Assembly: GCA_037045025.1 (NCBI GenBank)
Contig: JBAOHM010000019.1
Strand: one strand, 5' to 3'
DNA: 64,000 nucleotides
DNA from: Nostocoides sp.
GTDB taxonomy: Bacteria; Actinomycetota; Actinomycetes; Actinomycetales; Dermatophilaceae
A program made the translations under genes and the position numbers. Positions within the stretch are counted from its first letter, which is position 1. Each line of letters starts with the position of its first letter. This document shows, piece by piece, positions 21,314 to 31,820 of this stretch. The notes beneath the pieces are model-generated. The model was not told the DNA's origin. It saw nothing but the letters and a program-made list of their open reading frames with translations, and ran no database searches.

Positions 21314-22302
21314 AGCGCCACCCCCAGTTGACTCGGCTCGCTCAGGCGGGTCCGCTCGGCGGCCCTGACCCGGACCGAGGCCGAGCGCGGATTGCTCGCC
21401 TGCTCGTGGGCATCGGCTCCCTCGGCGCCGCGAGTGAGCAGGCGCAGATAGGGGGCGTCCTGGGGCCGCTCCACCGGCATACCAGGCGGCGCGCTGGAGG
21501 TAGCTCCTGCTCGCAGAACGGTTTTGGCGATGCGGTCTTCCAAGGACTGGTAGGACATCACGGCGATCCTGCCGCCGACGCCCAGCCGGTCGATGGCCGC
21601 CGGAAGCGCCCGGGACCAGGTGGCGAGTTCGTCGTTGACTTCGATACGCAAGGCCTGAAAGGTGCGCTTGGCGATGTGGCCGCCGGTGCGCTGCGCGGAC
21701 TGCGGAATCGCTGTCGCTAGCACCTCAACCAACTCTCCCGTAGTCGCGAACGCCCGGACTGCCCGCCGCGCGATGATTGCCGAGGCCACTCGTTGGGCAT
21801 ACCTTTCCTCGCCGTAGTCGCGCAGAATCCGGACCAAGTCGGCCCGATCATAGGTATTGACCACGGCCGCCGCGGTGATGCCGCGCCGTTGGTCCATCCG
21901 CATATCCAGCGAAACATCGAATCGGTAAGCGAAACCCCGCTCAGGCTCGTCCAATTGCAGCGATGAGACCCCCAGGTCGAACAAGATCGCGGCCACCCGC
22001 GTGATGCCGCGCTTGGCCAGCACCTCGGGCAACTCGTCATAGACCGCATGGACGAGTTCGACCCGATCGCCATGGGGACCAAGGCGGTCAGCGGCGAGCG
22101 CCAGCGCCTGCTCGTCACGATCGAGCCCGATGAGCCTCGCCGTCGGCGCGACGTCCAGCAGGGCGCCCGCGTGACCGCCCAGACCGACGGTGGCGTCGAC
22201 CACAACCGCGTCCGGCGCGCTCAGCGCGGGCGCGAGCAACTCGACGATCCGCTCGCGCAGCACCGGGACGTGCCGCTCGGCCGGCGGTGGCGCCTGGCTC
22301 AT
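21310..22302 (-). CDS. rsmH: 16S rRNA (cytosine1402-N4)-methyltransferase
   Basis: The sequence is MSQAPPPAERHVPVLRERIVELL, DATVGLGGHAGALL and DLGVSSLQLD. I placed the start at ATG 22302; the 546-aa track ORF is an extension through the spacer and mraZ. Confidence 0.92.
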   Translation of the reverse strand: MSQAPPPAERHVPVLRERIVELLAPALSAPDAVVVDATVGLGGHAGALLDVAPTARLIGLDRDEQALALAADRLGPHGDRVELVHAVYDELPEVLAKRGITRVAAILFDLGVSSLQLDEPERGFAYRFDVSLDMRMDQRRGITAAAVVNTYDRADLVRILRDYGEERYAQRVASAIIARRAVRAFATTGELVEVLATAIPQSAQRTGGHIAKRTFQALRIEVNDELATWSRALPAAIDRLGVGGRIAVMSYQSLEDRIAKTVLRAGATSSAPPGMPVERPQDAPYLRLLTRGAEGADAHEQASNPRSASVRVRAAERTRLSEPSQLGVAL

Positions 22303-22487
22303 CACCGAGGTCCCTTTCGTGCTGGGCCGCAGGAGGTGGGTCCCCCGCTCTGCTCGGGCGCGAGCCCCGTGGGGTGTCGTGTCGATGGCCCATGGTCCCC
22401 ATCCGCCGCCCGGCGCGGGGGAAGGCGCGCCGGGATTGCGGCTGGAGGCCACGAGCCACCGAGAGTTCGACGGATGGGGTGAGATCG

Positions 22488-22931
22488 CTACAGCAGGACG
22501 ACTCCTTCCTCGTCGAGCGCATCCAGGACGTCGTCGCTCGATGCCTCCACGGCGGCAAAGGCGGCACTGTCCCAGACCTCGAGATAGCTGCCCTGACCGA
22601 TCACTGCGCACTCGCGCTCGAGTCCGGCCCACTGACGCAAGGCGGTCGGGATGGTCACCCTGCCCTGCCGGTCGACGGTCTCGGTCGAGGCGTGCGCCAG
22701 CAGCGCCCGGCGCAGGTGACGCACATTGCGGCTGGCCGAGGATCCCGCAGCCAGCCGGTCGAGAACGCGGTCCTTGAACACCGGATACGGATAGATCGTC
22801 ACGCACCGGTCCGGTCCCTTGGTGACGACGATGCGCTCGCCGAGGTCGTCGCGGAAGCGCGCCGGGAGGAAGAGCCGGCCCTTGTCGTCCAGCCGCGGGG
22901 TATGGATCCCGAGGAACTCGCCGTCCGGCAT
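22488..22931 (-). CDS. mraZ: Transcriptional regulator MraZ
   Basis: The sequence contains FLGIHTPRLDDKGRLFLPARFRD and a second DRQGRVTIP repeat, giving the two MraZ/SpoVT-AbrB halves. GAGGGAGG precedes the ATG. Confidence 0.95.
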   Translation of the reverse strand: MPDGEFLGIHTPRLDDKGRLFLPARFRDDLGERIVVTKGPDRCVTIYPYPVFKDRVLDRLAAGSSASRNVRHLRRALLAHASTETVDRQGRVTIPTALRQWAGLERECAVIGQGSYLEVWDSAAFAAVEASSDDVLDALDEEGVVLL

Positions 22932-22946
22932 CTGCCGTCACCTCCC

Positions 22947-23002
22947 TCACCCACCCAATCGCCCGATTGCACCCGATTTCCCCACTTTACCCCACTACCC
23001 AC
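22947..23002 (-). promoter_or_regulatory. Candidate MraZ operator: five 10-nt-phased G-rich boxes plus an extra GTGGG
   Basis: The minus strand reads GTGGGT AGTGGGGTAA AGTGGGGAAA TCGGGTGCAA TCGGGCGATT GGGTGGGTGA, ending 15 nt before the mraZ ATG. E. coli MraZ is known to bind phased GTGGG-type repeats in its own leader. Confidence 0.5.
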
Positions 23003-23209
23003 CCCCGTGGGCCGACGGACGGTGATCATTTCCGCCCGGCTGCGGGCGCTGACGTGCTCGGATACGGGTGGGGTGAGGTGGGGAACTTCGCCGGGTGATT
23101 CTGCGTCCTTCCATAACAAGTCGGTCCGAACCGCTAGGACCGGCCCGCCTCGTGGGGCAAGATGCCTAAGCCGGTCCGGTGCCGGCCGCGGCGACGAAGG
23201 GGTAGATCG

Positions 23210-24211
<1,002 letters not shown>

Positions 24212-24219
24212 CAGGCGGC

Positions 24220-25452
24220 ATGCGACACGTCACGGAGTCCTTGACGCTGCGGGGGCGCTGCTTCCTGGCCGCCGGTGCCGCCCTCGTGGTCTGTGGGCTC
24301 GTGCTCGGCTTCCGTGATATCACCCGGCTCGGCGTGCTCGTCGGCGGTCTGCCCCTCATCGTCGGGCTCATCGGCGTGCGCCGTGGACTGGCGCTCACGA
24401 CCGAGCGGGAGGTCATCCCCTCTCGAGTGCGGATCGACGAGACCAGCGATGTCACGCTCGTCGTCACCAACGCGGGGTCGTCCGCCACACCGATCCTCAT
24501 GGCCGAGGAACAGCTGGACTACGCCCTCGGCGACCGGCCGCGCTTCGTCGTACCCCGCCTGGGGCCCGGCGAACGGCAGCTGCTGCCTTATCGGGTGCGG
24601 TGCAATGTGCGCGGGCGCCACCGTCTCGGGCCGCTCGGTTTGCGAGTCACAGACCCATTCGACCTGACCGTGCGCCTGGCGGTCGTCGCCGACATGGGCG
24701 AATTGATTGTCCTGCCTCGAGTCCTCGACCTGACCGGCGGCGGCACGTCGGGCGGGCTGGGCACCGAGGGCACCATTCCGCACATGGTGGCCCTGCACGG
24801 GGAGGACGACGTCTCCGTCCGGGAATACCGCGACGGGGATGACTTGCGCCGCATCCATTGGCCGGCGACGGCACGCACCGGCGATCTCATGGTCCGCCAA
24901 GAGGACCGGCCAGCCAAACGCCGCGCCGTCGTCCTCCTCGATGACCGGGAGGTGACCAGCTCCGGTCCGCGAACCGCCGGCTCGTTCGAGTGGGCGGTCA
25001 CGGCGGTCGCCTCGATTTGCGCGATGCTCATCGACGCCGGGCTCTCCACCCATCTCATCCACGGGGGCGGGTGCCTCGAGGCCGCCACCGAAGAGCCGCT
25101 GGATCTGGACGATCTCCTCGAATCGCTCGCCCTGGCAGAGCCCGGCCCGAGCGACGCCTTCAGCCAAGGACTCTCGATCGCTGCCGACCGGGTCGGAGAT
25201 GGCGCGCTCGTCGTCGCCGTGACGGGTCCGCTCGCCGAGTCGGACGCGTTGACGCTCTCCCGGCTGCGATTGGGTGGCTCGGCCGCCATTTGCCTCGTCA
25301 TGGATCTCGGCGGCAGCGGCAGCAAGGATGCCGCCGCCGCCGCCGCCGAACTGCGCACCCAGGGTTGGGCCAGCGCTGTCGTCGAGAACGGCAGGTCGGT
25401 CCCCGAGGCGTGGGCCCAAACAACGTCCGATCTGGTCCAGGCGCGCCGATGA
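24220..25452 (+). CDS. DUF58 (VWA-like) protein, MoxR partner
   Basis: It has two N-terminal TM segments. The signature REYRDGDDLRRIHWPATARTGDLMVRQ is typical of DUF58. Confidence 0.8.
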   Translation: MRHVTESLTLRGRCFLAAGAALVVCGLVLGFRDITRLGVLVGGLPLIVGLIGVRRGLALTTEREVIPSRVRIDETSDVTLVVTNAGSSATPILMAEEQLDYALGDRPRFVVPRLGPGERQLLPYRVRCNVRGRHRLGPLGLRVTDPFDLTVRLAVVADMGELIVLPRVLDLTGGGTSGGLGTEGTIPHMVALHGEDDVSVREYRDGDDLRRIHWPATARTGDLMVRQEDRPAKRRAVVLLDDREVTSSGPRTAGSFEWAVTAVASICAMLIDAGLSTHLIHGGGCLEAATEEPLDLDDLLESLALAEPGPSDAFSQGLSIAADRVGDGALVVAVTGPLAESDALTLSRLRLGGSAAICLVMDLGGSGSKDAAAAAAELRTQGWASAVVENGRSVPEAWAQTTSDLVQARR

Positions 25453-27860
25453 ACCGCGCAGCCCGGCCTCTCGACGCGGTTCTCGCCCTCGCCGCGCTCT
25501 GGGCCGCGCTGGCGCCGCTGCGGTTGCTGTTCGACTCCTTCGCCTGGGTCAACCCAGCCCTCGGGATCACGCTCGTCATCACCGTCGTCGGGATCCTCGC
25601 CCGCGGCGTTTTGGGAGCGCGGTGGCTGGTCGTCGCCCTGCAGGGTCTGGCGGCGGTAGAGGCCTTCAGCTACCTGCATTTGCGCGGGCACCTGTGGCAC
25701 GGATTGCCCATCCGAGACGCGTTCTTGTCGCTGAACTACCTGCTCTATGACGCGCGGATGACCGTGATGCAGTATGCCGCGCCAGCGCCCGCGGATCGAG
25801 GCATCGTCGTCGCTCTCAGCCTGATCATCGGTTGCCTGGCGCTCTGTGTCGATGCCGCCGCCGTCACCCGGCGCTCGCCCGCCGTCGCCGGGCTCGGGCT
25901 GCTCGCCGCCTATCTGCTCACCGCCACGAACTCGGGCGATCCGCTGCCCTGGCACGCGTTCGCCCTTCCCGCGGGACTTTGGCTGATCATGCTGGGTCGC
26001 AGCGGAATCGACGGGTTGCGCCGCTGGTCCACGGCGATCCCCCTGCGTAGCGGACGCGCCGGCGGACGCGGGAGCAACCCATCGGACGGCTTCGCGGATG
26101 CCGCGCGCAATCTCGGGATTGTGAGCGTCGTCGCGGCCCTCGTCATCCCCTGGGCCGTGCCGCATCCCTCGACTCGCTTCCTCAGCGAGGGCCTGGGCAC
26201 AAGCAGCGACGGCGAAGGTGGAAAGGTCGAGTTGGCGACAACCTTAGACCTCAAGCGCAACTTGGAGGATCGCAGCCAGGCGGTGTGGGTGCGCTACCGC
26301 AGCACCGCGGCCGCGGCCGCGCCGCTGCGCGTCGCGGTCCTCGGCGAATACGGGCCGGACGGCCGCTTCCGGGAGAGCCGCGTCTATCCGGCGACCCCGG
26401 TGGACGGCAACGGCGCACCGATCGCCGGCACACCCGACCTGCGCGAGATCGGGAGCATGGTCAAGCAGGACGGCATCGCGGTCGAGGAGAGCCGCCTGGA
26501 CGCCCCACAGATCGCCCTCCCGGACGGCGTGGTCTCGCTCTCGTTGCCCGACGGGGTCGAGGCCACCCGCTTTGGTGACGGGAGCATCGACGTCAGCGAG
26601 CCGGCCGCGAGCTACAGCGCCGAGTTCACGACGATCTCGCCCACCCAGGATCTCCTCGAACAGTCCGATGTGACCGAGGACGGCATCTCGGTCCTTCCCG
26701 GGGTGGCCCTCCCGGGGCCGGAGTCGCTGGTCGTCGAGCGCGCGGCCACGGCGCGGCTCGATGCCATTTTGGAGCGGATCGTCCCGGACGGCGCCTCGGA
26801 CCTGGATGCTGCGGTGGCCATCCAGGACTATCTGCGCTCGGACCAGTTCACCTACAGCCTCACCCTCATCGGACCGACCCAGGACGCGAACGGCCGGCTG
26901 GTCAACCTCGACCCCGTCTCCCACTTCTTGATGACCAAGCAGGGGTATTGCCAGCAGTTCGCGACCGCGATGATCATGCTGGCGCGCCGGCACGGCATAC
27001 CGGCCCGAATGGTTGTCGGCTTCCTCCCCGGCACGCTCGAAGCCGGGGTGCGGCAGGTGCGGGCCGCCGACGCGCACGCCTGGCCGGAGCTGTTCTTCGA
27101 GCCGATGGGGTGGGTTCGCTTCGAACCCACTCCGGGTTCGCGGAGCGGCGCGGTCCCGTCCTACACCCGGCTCTCCGATAACCGGCCGTCGGCCAGCCGG
27201 TCCAGCACGTCCAGCGGGAGCCGGGCACCAACGCAGCGCCCCGATCAGCCGGAGCTGAACGAGCCCGGGACGCGCGACCCCTCGGCATACGACAAGCCGG
27301 TCTGGGAACGCCTAGGTGACCTGCCCCGCAGGTCCTGGGTGGTCATCGCGGGGGTCCTCGGGCTGCTCGGAAGCCTCGTCGTCCCGGTGACGGCGGCCCT
27401 GCGGCGGCGCCGGCGCCTGACGCGGGCCGCCGACGAGGCAATGCGGATCGAGGTGCGCTGGCTCGATTTGGTCGAGCGTCTGGGCGATCTCGGCATCGCC
27501 ACACCCGACAGCCTGACGCCGCGGCAGGCCCAGCACTATCTCGCCGATCGGGGTGTGTTGGACGGCGGCGAGAAGGCGGCGCTCGGCCGGGTGGTCGCCG
27601 CCGTGGAACAGGCGCGCTATGCGCCGCCGGCCGAGGTGCTCCCCGACCCTGGCAAAGATGTCGAGACCGTGGTGGCCGCCGTCGGCCGCACTCGCTCGTG
27701 GCGCACGCGCGTGCGGGCGTGGTTGTTGCCCAGCTCCGGACGCCGAGCCCTCACCGCCGGCACCGAGGCCGTGGTGTCGGTGCCGCGGCGCGGCGCCCAG
27801 GCCCTCGCCGGCGTGGCTCGCCGAGTCCGGGATCGGCGGTCCGGGCGACGGAAGTTGTGA
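25449..27860 (+). CDS. Transglutaminase-like polytopic membrane protein (TgpA-like)
   Basis: The sequence starts MNRAARPLDAVLALAALWAAL and has about 6 TM segments. The core is QGYCQQFATAMIMLARRHGIPARMVVGF...ADAHAWPELFF...GWVRFEPTP, followed by a C-terminal TM. ATG 25449 overlaps the DUF58 stop (ATGA). Confidence 0.8.
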   Translation: MNRAARPLDAVLALAALWAALAPLRLLFDSFAWVNPALGITLVITVVGILARGVLGARWLVVALQGLAAVEAFSYLHLRGHLWHGLPIRDAFLSLNYLLYDARMTVMQYAAPAPADRGIVVALSLIIGCLALCVDAAAVTRRSPAVAGLGLLAAYLLTATNSGDPLPWHAFALPAGLWLIMLGRSGIDGLRRWSTAIPLRSGRAGGRGSNPSDGFADAARNLGIVSVVAALVIPWAVPHPSTRFLSEGLGTSSDGEGGKVELATTLDLKRNLEDRSQAVWVRYRSTAAAAAPLRVAVLGEYGPDGRFRESRVYPATPVDGNGAPIAGTPDLREIGSMVKQDGIAVEESRLDAPQIALPDGVVSLSLPDGVEATRFGDGSIDVSEPAASYSAEFTTISPTQDLLEQSDVTEDGISVLPGVALPGPESLVVERAATARLDAILERIVPDGASDLDAAVAIQDYLRSDQFTYSLTLIGPTQDANGRLVNLDPVSHFLMTKQGYCQQFATAMIMLARRHGIPARMVVGFLPGTLEAGVRQVRAADAHAWPELFFEPMGWVRFEPTPGSRSGAVPSYTRLSDNRPSASRSSTSSGSRAPTQRPDQPELNEPGTRDPSAYDKPVWERLGDLPRRSWVVIAGVLGLLGSLVVPVTAALRRRRRLTRAADEAMRIEVRWLDLVERLGDLGIATPDSLTPRQAQHYLADRGVLDGGEKAALGRVVAAVEQARYAPPAEVLPDPGKDVETVVAAVGRTRSWRTRVRAWLLPSSGRRALTAGTEAVVSVPRRGAQALAGVARRVRDRRSGRRKL

Positions 27861-27873
27861 CCGGGTCCTGACC

Positions 27874-29436
27874 TCAGTCGAGGTAGTCGCGCAGGACCTG
27901 GGAGCGGCTCGGGTGGCGCAGCTTGCTCATCGTCTTGGACTCGATCTGGCGGATCCGCTCCCTCGTCACGCCATAGACCTTGCCGATCTCATCGAGTGTC
28001 TTGGGCTGTCCGTCGGTCAAGCCGAATCGCATCGCGACGACGCCTGCCTCCCGCTCGGACAGCGTGTCCAGCACGGAGTGCAGTTGCTCTTGCAGCAGCG
28101 TGAAGCTGACGGCGTCCGCCGGCACGACCGCCTCGGAGTCCTCGATCAAGTCGCCGAACTCGGAGTCACCGTCCTCGCCCAGCGGAGTGTGCAGCGAGAT
28201 CGGCTCACGACCGTATTTTTGGACCTCGATGACCTTCTCGGGGGTCATGTCGAGTTCCTTGGCCAGTTCCTCGGGCGTCGGCTCACGCCCGAGGTCCTGC
28301 AGCATCTGCCGCTGCACGCGGGCGAGCTTGTTGATGACCTCGACCATGTGCACCGGGATCCGGATGGTGCGGGCCTGGTCGGCCATGGCCCGGGTGATCG
28401 CCTGCCGGATCCACCACGTGGCGTAGGTGGAGAACTTGTAGCCCTTGGTGTAGTCGAACTTCTCGACCGCTCGGATCAGGCCGAGATTGCCCTCCTGAAT
28501 CAGGTCGAGGAACAACATGCCGCGCCCGGTGTAGCGCTTCGCGAGCGAGACGACAAGGCGCAGGTTGGCCTCCAGCAGATGGTTCTTGGCCTTCTTGCCA
28601 TCCTGGGCAATCCACCACAACTCGCGCTTGAGCTTCTGGTCGAGCTTGTCCGCGGAGGCCATCCGCTCCCCGGCGAACAGGCCGGCCTCGATCCGCTTGG
28701 CGAGTTCGACCTCCTGCTCTGCGTTAAGGAGCGCCACCTTGCCGATCTGCTTGAGGTAGTCCTTGACCGGGTCCGCGGTCGCCCCGGCAGTGACGACCTG
28801 CTGGGCGGGCGCGTCGTCCTCGTCGTCGTCGCGGATGACGAACCCTGCGGACTCGTCCAGCTCGTCCTCGGAGGTGGCCGTGGCCGAGCCCTCGTCGGCG
28901 CCGTCCTCGGTCTCCTCACTGGTGTCCTCGGCGTCGTCGGCACTCGCGTCGCTGGCCTCGATGCTCGTCTCGGGTGCCTCGTCGCTCCCCTCTTCGACCG
29001 CCTCGGCCGCCACGGCCAATTCCTCGGCTTCGGTGGCGTCCAGGTCGGGCTCGACGTCAAGCTCGTCACCGACCTCCTCGTCGCCGTCGTCCGCGGCCGG
29101 CTCGGCTGGAGCCGCAGTCGCTGGCTCGGCAGCGGCCCGCTTGCCGGCCGCCTTCTTGGCAGTGGCGGCACGCGCGGTTGCCTTCTTGGCGGGTGTCGGG
29201 AGGACCGTGACCTCGATTCCCTGATCCTCCAGCGCCCGGACCACGGCCTTGCGCCGACCCGCAGAGACCTTGGCCGCACGCAGTGCCGTCGCGAGGTCGT
29301 CTCCGGTGATCGAACCGGCAGTACGGCCGCGACGGACGAGATCCTGCAGGGCAGGGTGAGCGAATTCGCGGGGTAGTTCAGGAGTGACAGGGGTGGTCGA
29401 ACGCGGCACGGGCGACACCAGCAACCTTTCCGGCAC
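27874..29436 (-). CDS. sigA: Principal (group 1) RNA polymerase sigma factor
   Basis: The sequence contains [43 protein letters not shown] and [29 protein letters not shown]. It has an acidic/Ala-Lys-rich N-terminal region as in HrdB/SigA. The exact start is uncertain. A perfect TATAAT (minus strand, 29568-29563) lies in an AT-rich patch about 127 nt upstream. Confidence 0.95.
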   Translation of the reverse strand: MPERLLVSPVPRSTTPVTPELPREFAHPALQDLVRRGRTAGSITGDDLATALRAAKVSAGRRKAVVRALEDQGIEVTVLPTPAKKATARAATAKKAAGKRAAAEPATAAPAEPAADDGDEEVGDELDVEPDLDATEAEELAVAAEAVEEGSDEAPETSIEASDASADDAEDTSEETEDGADEGSATATSEDELDESAGFVIRDDDEDDAPAQQVVTAGATADPVKDYLKQIGKVALLNAEQEVELAKRIEAGLFAGERMASADKLDQKLKRELWWIAQDGKKAKNHLLEANLRLVVSLAKRYTGRGMLFLDLIQEGNLGLIRAVEKFDYTKGYKFSTYATWWIRQAITRAMADQARTIRIPVHMVEVINKLARVQRQMLQDLGREPTPEELAKELDMTPEKVIEVQKYGREPISLHTPLGEDGDSEFGDLIEDSEAVVPADAVSFTLLQEQLHSVLDTLSEREAGVVAMRFGLTDGQPKTLDEIGKVYGVTRERIRQIESKTMSKLRHPSRSQVLRDYLD

Positions 29437-29623
29437 GGTGAACCCGGCGACGTCGTGGGTTGCCGCCGGGGTTGATCAAAGGGTGTGCGCGGACGGGCAC
29501 CTGACCGTGTCGGGATCACGTGTCGGGAGGGACCTTCGCAGGTGACCGAGCCCCGCATCGACATTATAAAACCGCGCGGTGCAAACGCCTATTCCGCCAA
29601 CCGCGAACCCGGACGGGCGACCG

Positions 29624-30022
29624 TCAGTGCTCGGCCTTGACCGCCAACACCGCGCAGGGACTGTCGAGCAGCACCCGTTGGGCGTTGGAGCCGAGGATCA
29701 GCTTGCCGACGGGAGTCCGGCGCCGCAAGCCGATGACGATGAAGTCGGCGGCCACATTGCGGGCTACCTCGATGAGGTCTTCGGCCGGCTCGTTGCCACG
29801 GACCATGGTGTGCACATCCACCTCGACACCGCGAGCGCGCGTCTGGTCGAGCAGCTGCTCCAGCTCATCCTCCAGCTGCAGGTCGGGTCCCTCGTCGTGT
29901 CGTCCCCCACGAGCGGAGTTGACGACAACGAGCGGCACCTTGCGGAGTTCACACTCGGCTACAGCACGGTCGAAGGCCGCACGCCCCTCGTTGGTCGGGA
30001 TGAACCCCACGACAATTGTCAC
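29624..30022 (-). CDS. Universal stress protein family
   Basis: The sequence is VTIVVGFIPTNEGRAAFDRAV...ADFIVIGLRRRTPVGKLILGSNAQRVLLDSPCAVLAVK. GTG 30022 is preceded by GAGGAGG at 7 nt. Confidence 0.8.
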   Translation of the reverse strand: MTIVVGFIPTNEGRAAFDRAVAECELRKVPLVVVNSARGGRHDEGPDLQLEDELEQLLDQTRARGVEVDVHTMVRGNEPAEDLIEVARNVAADFIVIGLRRRTPVGKLILGSNAQRVLLDSPCAVLAVKAEH

Positions 30023-30069
30023 CGATGACCTCCTCGTCACACCTGTACCCACAGGCTACTGCCCCGAAC

Positions 30070-31149
30070 TTACCCGACGGTGCGGGAGATCAGGCGGTCG
30101 GGGGAGGCGAGGGATCGGCCACGCGCATAGAGCCGCAGCACGAGCGTGGCGAGGACGTGATCGGGGTCGGCTCGGAGGGCGTATTCAGCGGCCAAGGCGG
30201 CGGTCGCGCCATCGCCCCAGCATCCGGTGAGCACGGCGAGCATCGCGTAGGGGCCCGCCGCAAGCCGCCCCGGCGTGCGCCTGGCGAGCAGGCACACTCG
30301 GTCGGCCAACGCGCGGTGAAACTCCGCCCGCGCCGGTGTGCCATCGCCCCACGCTCGCGGCGTCCGCAGCCGCGAGCCTGCCGCGTAGCGGACGATCTGC
30401 TCGGCCCGGCGCACGTGATGGGCGGCCAATTCCTGGACCGGCACCAGACCGGGGACGAGCTGAGCGATCAGAGCATCTCGCCAGTCGGCATCCGCGAGGC
30501 TCACGGCGAGCACCAATAGGTGCTCGGGCTCGGGATCCCAACGATCGTCGAGGTCCAACAACGCCCGCCAGGCCCCCTCGGCCCGGCCTACCGAAGCTGC
30601 GCTGTGCCCGCGGCCTGAAGTGGCATCGGGGGTTGTTGCCGTCAGCCGGTTGAGGTAGTCCTGGTCCGGCGCGAGGCTGTCAGCAAGCGCTGACCGGCTC
30701 GCGAACGGGGAGAAGCCGCGGATCACGAACTCGGCGGCGACCGCGAGCGCCTGGTTCTCGGGCGGCGGGTGCCCCGCTCCTGGGCAGACCGCGCACGGAC
30801 CGGGTTCGAGATGCCGCCAGGACTCCGCGTCGACCACGAGAAGCGCCGCGACCGGCAGTGCGCGCAACCGCAACCGGCTGGCGAGCCCGCGAAGCAGCGG
30901 GCCGCACCGCTCGGCCGCGTCGAAGCCGATCAGACAGACGGCGTCGGGCGTGTGGCGGACGGCGAGGCCGAGCGCGGTGGCGAGCCACGACCGTCGAAAG
31001 TCGTCCGAGAGCGGGAGGTCGAGCCGCGTCAAGTGAGACACGAGGCCCGCGCGAAGGCTGACGATGACGAGGCTGGAGCGCGGTCGGAAACCGAGCAGAT
31101 AGGGCACGGCGGTGAGCAGGTCGGCATCGTTTCGGACTGGAATCGGCAT
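30070..31149 (-). CDS. DUF4192-family protein
   Basis: The N-terminus MPIPVRNDADLLTAVPYLLGFRPRSSLVIVSL matches the characteristic DUF4192 opening as I remember it (not searched). The start is ATG 31149, in frame with ORF 30070..31380. Confidence 0.6.
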   Translation of the reverse strand: MPIPVRNDADLLTAVPYLLGFRPRSSLVIVSLRAGLVSHLTRLDLPLSDDFRRSWLATALGLAVRHTPDAVCLIGFDAAERCGPLLRGLASRLRLRALPVAALLVVDAESWRHLEPGPCAVCPGAGHPPPENQALAVAAEFVIRGFSPFASRSALADSLAPDQDYLNRLTATTPDATSGRGHSAASVGRAEGAWRALLDLDDRWDPEPEHLLVLAVSLADADWRDALIAQLVPGLVPVQELAAHHVRRAEQIVRYAAGSRLRTPRAWGDGTPARAEFHRALADRVCLLARRTPGRLAAGPYAMLAVLTGCWGDGATAALAAEYALRADPDHVLATLVLRLYARGRSLASPDRLISRTVG

Positions 31150-31261
31150 GCCCACAACGATGGGGCAGCCGGGGCGCGCTGTCAGCTGGGACGGCGCCGA
31201 CCTGTGCAGAACTGTCTGGGCTGATTCGTCGGGTCTGTGGATAACCGGAACCCGGGCCGGG

Positions 31262-31729
31262 TCAGGTGCGGCGAGCGGAGCCCTTGACGATGATGTGCCG
31301 AGCATCCATCGGCCACTGCGCTGCGGGATAACCGGCCGGTTGGGCAAAGGGGGTGCCCGGGTAGGTGGGGGCGGCGCCATCCGGGCTCGGCTGCCCGGCT
31401 GCGGCCCGCTCCCAGGCGAGGTAGGCGTCGGTCTCGGTCAAGAAGGTGGCGGCCAACCAGCTCAGCACCATCGCGTCGTCGGCGAGGCCGAAGGCGAGGA
31501 GCAGGCCCTCCGGCATGAGGTCGACCGGCGAGACGACATAGGCCAGCGCAGCCCCGAGCAGGGCCAGCCGCCCGATCGTCGTGCCGTTGTAGGTGCCGGC
31601 CGTTGTTGCCCGGACCAGGCGCGGCAGCGCCCCCAGGCGGGCGCCGAGAGCCGGGGCGCCGGGACGGGTGGCGGAGCGGACGGCGCTGGCAAGAGTGCGG
31701 ATCAGGGGCAGACGCGAACGGATCGCCAT
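31262..31729 (-). CDS. DUF1232 (YkvA-like) membrane protein
   Basis: The sequence LLGAALAYVVSPVDLMPEGLLLAFGLADDAMVLSWLA is the typical DUF1232 core. Confidence 0.65.
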   Translation of the reverse strand: MAIRSRLPLIRTLASAVRSATRPGAPALGARLGALPRLVRATTAGTYNGTTIGRLALLGAALAYVVSPVDLMPEGLLLAFGLADDAMVLSWLAATFLTETDAYLAWERAAAGQPSPDGAAPTYPGTPFAQPAGYPAAQWPMDARHIIVKGSARRT

Positions 31730-31820
31730 CGAGTGATCTCCGGGGTAGCGGTCGGCGCCGGCTCACGGGCGCGAGCGGGCACTACTGAAAACGCGTCGGG
31801 AGCAGCGGTGATTCCCCGGT

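Noticed and set aside
21310-22950. N-terminally extended track ORFs. Examples are 546 aa for rsmH, 529 aa for rluD, 605 aa for murD, 523 aa for murC, 986 aa for the S53 peptidase, 956 aa for the transglutaminase, 580 aa for lutB, 552 aa for lutA and 698 aa for the polymerase.
   Set aside because: The extensions overlap neighbouring genes and are Arg/Pro-rich. Recognisable N-termini preceded by RBS-like sequences or ATGA/GTGA couplings lie further in, so I used the shorter coordinates.
27553-29376. Very long ORFs antisense to real genes. Examples are 27553..29376 opposite sigA, 53497..55149 and 55162..56754 opposite LysM/gluABC, 24208..25419 and 24588..26165 opposite DUF58/transglutaminase, 3954..5951, 9764..10834, 50210..51508 and 62599..63855.
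   Set aside because: Their translations are Arg/Gly/Pro/Asp-rich with no motifs. Each is matched by a clearly homologous protein on the other strand. They are typical stop-poor shadow frames of GC-rich DNA.
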